From Pseudobacteriovorax antillogorgiicola (GTDB lineage: Bacteria; Bdellovibrionota_B; Oligoflexia; Oligoflexales; RGVZ01): 64,000 nucleotides of DNA. This document shows positions 37,228-46,546 of the stretch, one piece after another. The notes beneath the pieces are model-generated. The model had not been told where the DNA came from. It was given only the letters and a program-made list of their open reading frames with translations, and ran no database searches. Position 1 is the first letter of the stretch, and the number at the start of each line of letters is the position of its first letter. Both the position numbers and the translations under genes were made by a program. The stretch spans positions 93 to 64,092 of the forward strand of contig CAMDHM010000013.1 in assembly GCA_945898195.1 (NCBI GenBank). Reading direction: 5' to 3'.

Positions 37228-39993
37228 TCAGGCCTTCACAGGCGCTTTATGACCAACTGTTGAGGATGCCCGCCCTGATTTGCTACGGGACAGGTACCGG
37301 TCAATCCAAAGCAAGTAGCCGCTGCCTACAAAGTTTGTCGTTAACGTCGCACCAACGATGCCGACCGACATTGCGATGGCAAAATTCCGTATGCTCTCTG
37401 GCCCAAAAATAATGATCCCGACGAGGGACAAATTGGTCACAAGAGACGTATTGATCGTTCTAGTCAAAGTCTCGTTCAAGCTGCTGTTGATCAATTCTGG
37501 AAATGGCTTGGGGTTTTTCGACTTTAGATTTTCTCTAATCCGGTCAAACACCACAATCACGTCGTTCACGGAATAACCGATGCCGGTTAAAAGCGCCGCC
37601 ACCGAGGTTAGGTCGAACGACTTCCAAAAAATCAGGTAGAACGCCAGCATGGCACACGTATCGGGGATCAGTTTCAGCACGGCGGCAGATCCAAACCGAA
37701 AGTCAAAGCGAAACCCTAAGTACAGCATAATGCCGATGATCGCATAGATCATCGAAAAGAAGCCCTGATTGCGCATCTCTCGTCCAATCTGTGGGCCGAC
37801 ATAATCAACTCTCGTGATTTGCGGCGCAAATTGCACTAGCTGCGTCCGGATGGCTTCTTGCAACTTATTAATCCGCACGCCACCCGAAGCTTGATTGACG
37901 TCTTTCCCCGCATCCACATTCGATGGACTACCGTGACCAGAGGTCTCTTCAAACCGCAGCAAATATTCTTTTTGTCCGCCCTGCAATGCCTGGATGCTCA
38001 TGTCATCGATACCGATGCTTTTTGCGGTTTCACGAATCGCGTCTGGGGTAACTTCCTGATTAAATTTAACCTCAACTTCAGTACCACCAACAAAATCCAC
38101 CGACCAATTAAACCCTTTGGTGAATCCTGTGACAAGTACGGCAATTGACATCAGGACTGCAAAAATAGTCACCGGAGCATCCCACTTCAGGAAATTGAAC
38201 TGGAATTTTCGCTCGCGGCTTGCGGCATCGCCACCAAGCCACACCCTGATTTTTGCAGGATCCGTTTGACCATGCAGCGCCCAATCAAAAAACGCATGAG
38301 AGCAGTAGAGTGAAGTAAACAGGGATAGGACTAATCCAATCATCAGCGTCACAGCAAATCCGCGAATTGGACCAGATGGGTTGGTTGACAAAAGAATTCC
38401 AGAAGCCAAAAGAGCGGTGACGTGACTATCCACGACCGTCCAAAAAACTTTCGAAAAACCATTATCAAGGGCGTTACGGGCAGCGCGCCCTTCACGTAAT
38501 TCTTGACGAATCCGCTCGTTGATCAAAACGTTTGCGTCAACAGCCATTCCAAGACTCAACACAAAGCCAGCAATTCCTGGCAGGGTCAAAGCAAAGCCAA
38601 GCAAGGACATCGACGCAAGAAGAAAAACGCCGTTTAAAACAAGGGCCACTGAGGCATTGATGCCGGGCCTGCGATAATAAAGGATCATGAACACAAACAC
38701 GCACGCAAGACCGACCAAGACGCCCCAGACGCCCTTTTGCGCAAGCTCCGGTCCAAGGCTCGCTCCAATCTGGCGCTGCTCAAGAATCGTGATAGTTGCC
38801 GGGAGGGCACCGGACTTAAGCACCAAGGCAAGCTCGGTGGCATCCTTTTGCATGGCCTCATAACCGCGACTTCCGCCCATATTGATTACCGCGCTACCCC
38901 CACCAATCTTCTGATTGATGACCGGAGCCGATTCAATGTTGTCATCAAGAACAATCGCCATTCGTTTTTTGACGTTCGCGCCAGTGACTTCTTCAAACCG
39001 TTTTCCGCCCAACGCAGTAAACTGCAGAGAAACTGCTGGATCGCTCGATAGGCGCGACTGGTCCATCGTCACATTAGCATCGAGAACATCGTCACCGCTG
39101 ATCTCGGTTGCCGCACTAACAACGTAGCTTCTGTAACGAGATTTTTGTCCGTCAGCAATTGACTCGCGAGAGAAAAGCAATTCCCGATCAGGAGGAAGAA
39201 GGCCTTTCGTCAGATTGACGATCCCATCCTTACTTTCGGAAACAAACGCAATGCTGTTGCCGCTTCGCTCTGAAGTAATGTTGGGCGGTAGCTTACCGAC
39301 TAAATCACTGAAGCCCTTGAAATCATCGTCCACAATTTTAAATTTCAACTGAGCCGTCCGTCCAAGGAGCTCCTTTGCCTTTTCAGGATCCTTGAAACCA
39401 GGAAGTTGGGCCAGGATTGATCCATCTAGCCGACGGTTGATGATAGGCTCGGTTACGCCCCATTTATCGACGCGACTCCGTACGACGCGCTCCGCTTGCT
39501 CCAGCGCTGATGCCTTGATGGAATCAATTTGGTCGGCCTTAAACACAAAGTCCTGAGCGCTATTCGCCATTCCCTTGGATTCAAGGGTTGGAAAATTTTT
39601 GCGGAGAGCGGCTGAAAAAGCCTCGATATTTGCGTTTGGCTCAAACTCCACGCGAAGTCTATTTTCACCTTTAACGACATAGGCCGTCTTGACGCCAAAC
39701 TGCCGGTCTTTATCTTCCTTCCAATGGATCAAGTCCGTTCCGATCCGCGCTAGGCGGTTCTCCACCGCTTCGGAAAGATTGACACCCAAAACCAATTGAA
39801 CCCCCCCTTGAAGGTCAAGGCCCAAGTTGAGGTGACCTTTGGGCAGCCAAGCTGGAATTTTCTTAGCCATGTACTCATGATCGTTTCGAAGATCAGCCGG
39901 CTCCCGCAGGTAAAGATAACTCGGTATCAGAATGTACGACGAGAAAAGCGTCAGGATAGCAATCAGCGATAAACGCCGGCGGAGCGACTTCAT
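37228..39993 (-). CDS. secDF: Fused protein translocase SecDF
   Basis: LGLDLQGG, GALP, IGASLG, LTLPGIAG, GMAVDANVLINERI, DFVGGT, GYSVNDVIVVFDRIRE, RTINTS. Confidence 0.97.
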   Translation of the reverse strand: MKSLRRRLSLIAILTLFSSYILIPSYLYLREPADLRNDHEYMAKKIPAWLPKGHLNLGLDLQGGVQLVLGVNLSEAVENRLARIGTDLIHWKEDKDRQFGVKTAYVVKGENRLRVEFEPNANIEAFSAALRKNFPTLESKGMANSAQDFVFKADQIDSIKASALEQAERVVRSRVDKWGVTEPIINRRLDGSILAQLPGFKDPEKAKELLGRTAQLKFKIVDDDFKGFSDLVGKLPPNITSERSGNSIAFVSESKDGIVNLTKGLLPPDRELLFSRESIADGQKSRYRSYVVSAATEISGDDVLDANVTMDQSRLSSDPAVSLQFTALGGKRFEEVTGANVKKRMAIVLDDNIESAPVINQKIGGGSAVINMGGSRGYEAMQKDATELALVLKSGALPATITILEQRQIGASLGPELAQKGVWGVLVGLACVFVFMILYYRRPGINASVALVLNGVFLLASMSLLGFALTLPGIAGFVLSLGMAVDANVLINERIRQELREGRAARNALDNGFSKVFWTVVDSHVTALLASGILLSTNPSGPIRGFAVTLMIGLVLSLFTSLYCSHAFFDWALHGQTDPAKIRVWLGGDAASRERKFQFNFLKWDAPVTIFAVLMSIAVLVTGFTKGFNWSVDFVGGTEVEVKFNQEVTPDAIRETAKSIGIDDMSIQALQGGQKEYLLRFEETSGHGSPSNVDAGKDVNQASGGVRINKLQEAIRTQLVQFAPQITRVDYVGPQIGREMRNQGFFSMIYAIIGIMLYLGFRFDFRFGSAAVLKLIPDTCAMLAFYLIFWKSFDLTSVAALLTGIGYSVNDVIVVFDRIRENLKSKNPKPFPELINSSLNETLTRTINTSLVTNLSLVGIIIFGPESIRNFAIAMSVGIVGATLTTNFVGSGYLLWIDRYLSRSKSGRASSTVGHKAPVKA

Positions 39994-40240
39994 TGACAAT
40001 TTATCTCCATTCCAAGTTGGTGCCTGCAAAAACTAATATTTAGGCTAATAGGAAAGTTCGTCACTGGCCACAAAAAAAGATCCTAACCACACGGAAAAAC
40101 AGGGTTAGTTATTCCATCCTGAATGCCTAGCATAAGATCCAAAACACCCCAAAAGCCTCCTCCTAACCCCATATTGATGGACATTTCTTAAAGCTTCTAA
40201 TAGAAACTTCAGCGAATTCTAGTGAGACTCATCGAGCGCC

Positions 40241-41653
40241 ATGCCTAAAACTACCAGTACCGATCATTCAAACCAGACCGTGTTCATCAAAACCCTTGGA
40301 TGCAAGGTCAACACCTTTGACGGGAACGCCATTAGCAACCAGTTCCGGGCCAAAGGCTACACCATTGTCGATTCCGCCGATGGGGCTGATATCACTGTCC
40401 TCAACACCTGCAGTGTGACCTCGGCGGCTGACCGGGAAGCCAGATATTTGATCCGGCGCTATCGTCGGGAAAATCCAAATTCCAAAATGGTGGTCACCGG
40501 TTGCTACGCCCAGACGGATTCAGCCCGGCTTGCAGCGATGCAGGAAGTCGATTTTGTCGTTCCAAACGAAGCCAAAGAACGCCTGGTTCAATTCATCGAA
40601 GGTGAGACGGACGCCCCCCCGGAAAACATCGCCCCCGAAAGCCCCGGCGCTAAAATGCCGACTGACGTGAAGCCCGTCAGCGAAAACCGCCAGTCCCACT
40701 TCAAATCATCTCTTGTTTTATTCGACGATGCCTCTTCATCGCAGACCAGAGCTTTTGTGAAAATCCAAGACGGCTGCAACGGCTTCTGCGCCTATTGCCT
40801 AATCCCTTACGCCCGAGGCGCAAGCCGCAGTGTTGGGCCAGAACAAGCCTTCCAAGAGATCAAACGCCTGATCGATGCCGGCACACCAGAAATTGTTTTG
40901 ACGGGGATTCACATCGGCGACTACGGTCGCGATCTGGACAGTTTTGCTGGTAATGCAGAACCTTTTGCGACGTTTGTGTCATCGATCATGGAAATTCCCG
41001 GGCTTCAGCGCCTGCGGATTTCCTCCCTCGAGCCCGGGGAACTAAGCAAAGACCTTCTAGAGGTTTTAAAACTCCACGCGGACAAATTCTGTCCGCACTT
41101 TCATCTGCCATTACAGTCTGGGCATGACCGCATCTTGAAACTGATGCGCCGTAGTTATGATAAAGCGGGCTACGAGGCTGCTGTGGTCATGGCGCGGGAT
41201 TATTTTCCGGGTGCAAGCTTTGGCGCCGATGTTATTCCTGGCTTCCCAAGTGAAACCGACGAGGAAGCCGACGCAACTTTGGCCTTCATCGAGCACATGG
41301 GCCTAAATTACCTCCACGTTTTCCCCTACTCGCTGCGTCCAAATACGTCCGCCGCGCGAATGCCGGGCCATTTGCCTCCTGAAGTCGTCAAAAAACGGGC
41401 GGCTAAACTCCGCGCCCTATCGGAAAAACTTGCGCCACAGTATGCCGCGCAATTCATTGGAAAAACGGTCGACGTATTGTGGGAAAAAGACATTGATTCC
41501 GAAGGGCGCAGATCTGGCCTGACTCGAAACTACCTCGGCGTCGTCAGCGTAAGTAGTTTAAATCCCGCTGATTCTCCTGCCCCGGGAACCAGCGCCTTAT
41601 GTCGGGTCAAGGGCTTTACCGAAGCCGGAAAGCTTCTGGTTATCCCTGTTTAG
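40241..41653 (+). CDS. mtaB: tRNA t6A37 methylthiotransferase
   Basis: TLGCKVN, NTCSVT, VTGCYAQ, KIQDGCNGFCAYCLIPYARG. Confidence 0.93.
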   Translation: MPKTTSTDHSNQTVFIKTLGCKVNTFDGNAISNQFRAKGYTIVDSADGADITVLNTCSVTSAADREARYLIRRYRRENPNSKMVVTGCYAQTDSARLAAMQEVDFVVPNEAKERLVQFIEGETDAPPENIAPESPGAKMPTDVKPVSENRQSHFKSSLVLFDDASSSQTRAFVKIQDGCNGFCAYCLIPYARGASRSVGPEQAFQEIKRLIDAGTPEIVLTGIHIGDYGRDLDSFAGNAEPFATFVSSIMEIPGLQRLRISSLEPGELSKDLLEVLKLHADKFCPHFHLPLQSGHDRILKLMRRSYDKAGYEAAVVMARDYFPGASFGADVIPGFPSETDEEADATLAFIEHMGLNYLHVFPYSLRPNTSAARMPGHLPPEVVKKRAAKLRALSEKLAPQYAAQFIGKTVDVLWEKDIDSEGRRSGLTRNYLGVVSVSSLNPADSPAPGTSALCRVKGFTEAGKLLVIPV

Positions 41654-41825
41654 GGATAAACCCAACAGCGGTGGCCGACATGGACTTATTAAATCCCGTT
41701 CCGCTCAAGGTAACGGTGTCACCAGAGTTGATCACCAGCGGGCGGCGACTGGTCAGGGAGAGCAACGCGGAACTCTCTGCAGCGCACCGCGGCGGCACAC
41801 ACCTTTACTATGAAGATCTAAAGTG

Positions 41826-41858
41826 CTACTTTAAATATTATTGAATTATATAAAGTAG
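41826..41858 (+). promoter_or_regulatory. 12-9-12 inverted repeat (operator-like) upstream of the second AAA-DUF4143 gene
   Basis: CTACTTTAAATA-N9-TATATAAAGTAG, one mismatch. Confidence 0.6.
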
Positions 41859-41866
41859 AGGTTTAA

Positions 41867-43021
41867 ATGAATTTTAGACGTGAATTCAGTCTGTTAGATG
41901 CACTTAAGGCAAAATCCCACTTCCTTCTCGGCCCTCGGGGAACCGGTAAAACCTTTTTAGTCCGCCAGCAACTTGAGGGTCGTGCCGCCATTATCAATCT
42001 CCTGCGATCAGAGGCATCGAGAGTGCTGCTTGCAGACCCTTCCCGTCTTGAATCCATCATTATTGCAAATATACCCAAGGGCTCAAAATTTGTGGTTATT
42101 GATGAGGTTCAAAAAATACCAGCCTTACTCGATGAAGTTCATCGACTCATTGAAGAAGCTGGATATAAATTTCTTTTGACCGGGAGCAGCGCACGTAAAC
42201 TTCGATCTGGTGGTGTTAACCTTCTTGCCGGAAGAGCCTGGCCCATGGGGCTATTTCCATTAACGACCTCGGAGCTTGGAACTGCGTTTCAATTAGACAA
42301 ATACTTGCGCTATGGTGGTCTGCCGAGTGTGATCCGTTCTGATACACCACAATTAGAATTGGATGCATATGTAGGTCTCTATCTCGATGAGGAAATCAAG
42401 ATGGAAGGACTCGTTCGTCGGCTTGCTCCATTTAGCGAGTTCTTGCGGCTTGCGGGCCTATCAAATGGAAAAGTGATCAACTTTTCAAAAATGGCAAATG
42501 AGGTTGGTGTGTCCTCGCCCACTATCCGCGAGTATTTTCACATTCTTGAAGATACCTTGGTTGGAAACTTAATTCCTCTGTGGAGAAAATCACCGACCCG
42601 CAAGCCAGGCAGCTCAGCGCGTTTCTATTTTTTTGACACTGGAGTTGCGAACACACTTGCAGGAATCAATGCATTAGACCCTGCAAGTGACTTATTCGGC
42701 AGATGCTTTGAGCAATTCATATATATGGAAATAAAAGCATGGATGACTTACCGCCGAAAGAAGTTTCCAATGAGCTATTGGCAAAAATCAAACGAGTGTG
42801 AAGTTGACTTGCTGCTTGGAAACGATATTGCCATTGAGGTGAAATCAACGACAAGGTTGAATGCCGATGACTTAAGAGGGCTCAAGGAGGTGATAAATGA
42901 AGTGCCCATCAAACGTCGCATACTTGTTTCGAGAGACCCCATAGCAATCGAAAATGAAGGAATACTATGCCTCCCCTGGAGCAAATTCTGCGCACGACTT
43001 TGGAGTGATGAACTTTTTTGA
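41867..43021 (+). CDS. AAA_14 ATPase with DUF4143 (second, divergent copy)
   Basis: GPRGTGKT, VIDEVQK, TGSSARKL, NLLAGRA, YGGLP, FYFFDTGV, EVDLL..AIEVK; AT-richer than its flanks. Confidence 0.92.
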   Translation: MNFRREFSLLDALKAKSHFLLGPRGTGKTFLVRQQLEGRAAIINLLRSEASRVLLADPSRLESIIIANIPKGSKFVVIDEVQKIPALLDEVHRLIEEAGYKFLLTGSSARKLRSGGVNLLAGRAWPMGLFPLTTSELGTAFQLDKYLRYGGLPSVIRSDTPQLELDAYVGLYLDEEIKMEGLVRRLAPFSEFLRLAGLSNGKVINFSKMANEVGVSSPTIREYFHILEDTLVGNLIPLWRKSPTRKPGSSARFYFFDTGVANTLAGINALDPASDLFGRCFEQFIYMEIKAWMTYRRKKFPMSYWQKSNECEVDLLLGNDIAIEVKSTTRLNADDLRGLKEVINEVPIKRRILVSRDPIAIENEGILCLPWSKFCARLWSDELF

Positions 43022-43087
43022 ACTCTGAATTTTCTGCAAGCGCTCCATGATCGACATCGATCGAGGGGAGCGACGCACAGCGTTGAC

Positions 43088-44584
43088 TTAATAAAGCGCA
43101 TAAAGAACCACGTTATTCAAAACAATAAACGTCATATTCTTGTTCAGTCGCTCCGCAATAAATTCGGGCATGACACTGAATGGGGCAAGGCCCGCCATCA
43201 AGATGGGTTTGGTCTCGCCCTCAAGGTTCAATTTTTTTATCCACTCTTCCACGTAAGCCTGGGTCTCCAGGTTCAAATTATGCGAAATCGGGATGGCCGT
43301 TTCGTTTAAACCGTAAACCAGAGCAGGACCACGAACAAGCCGATCACGAAGCATCGCCACATGATGATTTTCGTTAAAACCAGCCCCATAGAAAACTGCG
43401 GCCGAACGCTCGCCTGTCATGTTTTTAATAACTTGGGCGGCTCGCCGCCAGCCCTCATTTTCCAAGGGATCCATCGCATTTAACAGCCCCGAAAGAACAA
43501 TCCCTGCGACCGTCAGGACCTGCAGCGAAGCCCTGGACAAGGCCCACTGAAAAACACCGCCCATCATGATCGCAGCAGGAACAAGCCCAGCCGTCAGGTA
43601 TCGAATATTCAGTATTGAGGCCCCCGTCCGCGCCAGCAATATGGCATGAAGAACCATCGGGACGGCAACCAAAGCCGCGCAGAGCCACCAAACGAAGAAG
43701 ACCCCAGGTAGCGGGATTTGATGACCTGCTTGATTGATTCCGGGATTGATTGCCCCCGGCACGGCCTGCCTCTTCAGCACCAAGTGCGCCGCAACCGATG
43801 CCAAAAGCAAAAGCAAAATTTCCTGCTGAAACGTTCGAAAGAAAACCACATGACCCATAAAATAGACATCATCAGAAAACGCACGCGAATGCAAAGCGCT
43901 TTGCACGGAAAAATGCAGGACAAGGGGCAACTGGATTAGCGAAACAAGCACGGGGAGCGTTAATGGGGTAAGGGCAGAAAGAATTGAAAGTGTTTTTTTA
44001 TCGCGCAGTTTCCACACCAGAAAGGGAACATATACGATCATCGCCTCTGCGGCGAAAACCTTCACGGTGCAGGCAAAGGCCGAATAAACGGAGAACCCCA
44101 ATAGGGCCTTTCGGTCACCGCGGGTCGTGTAATCAAGAAACGCTCCCAAGGCCCTCGTTTAAAGGTAGATCAGTGCCGCGTATGGTCTGGCTTGGGTGGC
44201 AAAACGCTGAAATTCAGGCAATGCAGCAAGAATCAAACAGATAAGCAATGATATGAAATTGGTGAATCGCAGGTGACGTGAAATTTTCCACGCCTCAAAA
44301 AGAATCAAGATTGCGCAAATAAATGACGGCAGGCGCAACAGAAATTCATTCATCCCAGTCACGCGCAACCAACCCCACATAACGACTTCGTACAGAGAAA
44401 TCATGGGATAGGTTCGTGTGTAAGATTCAAACATCACACCAAACGGCTGGTCCAGCAAAGCCAACATCCCGGATTCGTCGAGCGTGAAGGAATGAAACAG
44501 CTTAAAAAAAACAGCTGCCCCACACCCGACCAAAGCATAGAACGCAAGGCGCTGCATCCGTGGGCTATCCATTTTAACGCACAC
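43088..44584 (-). pseudogene. GT-C (PMT/ArnT-like) membrane glycosyltransferase split by an in-frame TAA at 44159-44161
   Basis: SFTLDE, LRLPS and ARPYA motifs; ALIYL*TRALGAFL stays in frame across the two ORFs. Confidence 0.7.
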
Positions 44585-45245
44585 GACCGATGAAAAGCGT
44601 GTGCCAACCTCCGCCGCTCGGGTGAGTCCGCGCCCGTTCCACCGTTACGGTGAATCCGGATTGGCGCATCAATTTAACGAATGCTGGATCGTCACTGGCA
44701 GACCAGATTGCTAGGCATCCATCCGACTTCAATGCCGATCTAGCCATGGCTAATCCTGCAGCTTTGTAAAGGCGGCTATTGGAATCCGCGCTCATGCCGC
44801 TGGCGCCGTTATCGATGTCGAGGATGATCGAATCAAAAGTGCCGCGATTTTTCCGGAGGACATCCGTCACGTCACCTTCGATGACCTCAACACGCGGATC
44901 AGCCATCGCATCTCCGCCAAGCTTGTATTCGGGAACAAGATTCCATTTAATCACCGCAGGCATAATCTCTGCGACAACGACAGCAGCATCAGCTGCAACG
45001 TTTTTCAAAGCGGCGCGTAAGGTAAACCCTAAACCCAACCCACCAATCAAAACTCGAGCGCCAGGCGATTTTACACGAATGTGCGCACAGGCAAGTTCGG
45101 CGATTTTTTCTTCTGAATTATAGTGCCGGCTCGACATCAGCTCTGCACCAGCAATGCGAATGACAAATGACCCTTCATGTTCATGAAGGGTCATAATTTT
45201 ACCGTCAATGGTTGTCGTCTGATCGCGAAGGATAGTTTTTTTCAT
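44574..45245 (-). CDS. Spermidine synthase-like SAM-dependent methyltransferase
   Basis: ELMSSR, VLIGGLGLGFTL, ILDIDNG, AIWS. Confidence 0.85.
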   Translation of the reverse strand: MKKTILRDQTTTIDGKIMTLHEHEGSFVIRIAGAELMSSRHYNSEEKIAELACAHIRVKSPGARVLIGGLGLGFTLRAALKNVAADAAVVVAEIMPAVIKWNLVPEYKLGGDAMADPRVEVIEGDVTDVLRKNRGTFDSIILDIDNGASGMSADSNSRLYKAAGLAMARSALKSDGCLAIWSASDDPAFVKLMRQSGFTVTVERARTHPSGGGWHTLFIGRVR

Positions 45246-45284
45246 GAAACTTTCGGAAAAATCAGTTCACGATCCAAACACGAT

Positions 45285-45695
45285 TTACTTATGTAAATCA
45301 TCACCGAGCTTTTTGAACAGGCCGGCCGTCGAAGTGAGAGCCCCACCAATGGTCTCCCTAACCTGAGCCTTCAGATCCGTAGCTTGCATGGATACGAGAT
45401 CTCTGACTTCCTTATCCAGGCCGGTAAGGCGTTTTTCGAGATCGTTCATTTCGGCCTTCAAATGCTTTTGAGCCGATTCGGTCCGCGCTCCGGCGTTTTT
45501 GTTGAGTTCATCACTCAGGCCGCCCAACTCTTTGTGCAATGACTTAAGCCTTGATGCGATTGCATCATCAGAATCTTCCACAGCCGTCTTTACTTCGCTT
45601 TTTGCTTTGGAAGGCGATGCGACATCGGCCGCAAACAGCTGAATGGACTGGCTAATAGCAGCAATAAACATGAGACTCTTGATCAGTTTCAACAT
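45285..45695 (-). CDS. Secreted coiled-coil hypothetical protein
   Basis: AAGGGG RBS; signal peptide; helical heptad pattern. Confidence 0.6.
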   Translation of the reverse strand: MLKLIKSLMFIAAISQSIQLFAADVASPSKAKSEVKTAVEDSDDAIASRLKSLHKELGGLSDELNKNAGARTESAQKHLKAEMNDLEKRLTGLDKEVRDLVSMQATDLKAQVRETIGGALTSTAGLFKKLGDDLHK

Positions 45696-45737
45696 ACTAA
45701 TCCCCTTACACGCATATTTTAAAATCAATTCAAAGAA

Positions 45738-46511
45738 TCAAACAATCAAAGATCCAATACCATTAAAAACAGTGCCGTAACAGTCCCGATGAAAAATTTT
45801 CTCGGGGGGAAAGCGCGGACTAAGCTTGGCGGGTTCGGGCGCAAATCCGATCGGAATAATCATCGGTATTGTATAGTTCCCCGGCAGGCCAACAGCCTTC
45901 CGCACCCAACGTTCGTCAATGCCTTCCATTGGACAAGTATCAAGACCATGGGCCGACGCGGCAAGCATGAACGTCTGCGCTGCAAGTGAAGACTGTTTCC
46001 AGCCATAACCCGCAAAGCCAGCATCACCAAATGGGACCATCGGCATTGGACGAAAGAAGCTTAAACTACGGGTCCCAGCCCAACGGATGAAATTGCCTAT
46101 TCCGAAAAATTCCCGGCCAAACACAGCATTTACAATCCGGCGGAGGTACTTCACATAAGACTCCGACCAGTGACCAAGATCAAGGGCGTGGGCGGCCGTG
46201 CTCTCAAAATTACGGGCCACATGAGTGTCCGTGGCAAAAACCACAACCGCTGGTGCATCCTCTACCTGCCGCTGGTTGAATGCGGCCTTACGGAGTTTCG
46301 ATTTGACCTCAGAGTCGGTCACAATGATCGCTATCCAACCTTGTAGATTGTAGCCGGTCGGTGCGCGTTGGGTGATCGCGAGTACATTTTCAAGAATGCC
46401 CTCAGGGATTGGATTAGAAAGAAAGCGACGAACAGAACGCCTCGCCAAAACAATGCGTCGAAGTGCATCTACATCTGCGAACTGGCAACCATTTGCATGG
46501 ACTTCAATCAT
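45738..46511 (-). CDS. Nitroreductase family protein
   Basis: RRSVRRF, APTGYNLQ, GLDTCPMEG. Confidence 0.92.
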   Translation of the reverse strand: MIEVHANGCQFADVDALRRIVLARRSVRRFLSNPIPEGILENVLAITQRAPTGYNLQGWIAIIVTDSEVKSKLRKAAFNQRQVEDAPAVVVFATDTHVARNFESTAAHALDLGHWSESYVKYLRRIVNAVFGREFFGIGNFIRWAGTRSLSFFRPMPMVPFGDAGFAGYGWKQSSLAAQTFMLAASAHGLDTCPMEGIDERWVRKAVGLPGNYTIPMIIPIGFAPEPAKLSPRFPPEKIFHRDCYGTVFNGIGSLIV

Positions 46512-46546
46512 CTTTTTACAACCTTTTTACGGCTATTTTCCAGATT

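Noticed and set aside
779-44161. Stop-codon recoding (Sec, Pyl or an alternative code) to explain in-frame stops, given selD
   Set aside because: The stops are of all three types (TAG 779, TGA 4771, TGA 5153, TAA 44159) and replace different expected residues; housekeeping genes end normally with TGA/TAG; selD has Cys and is explained by selU
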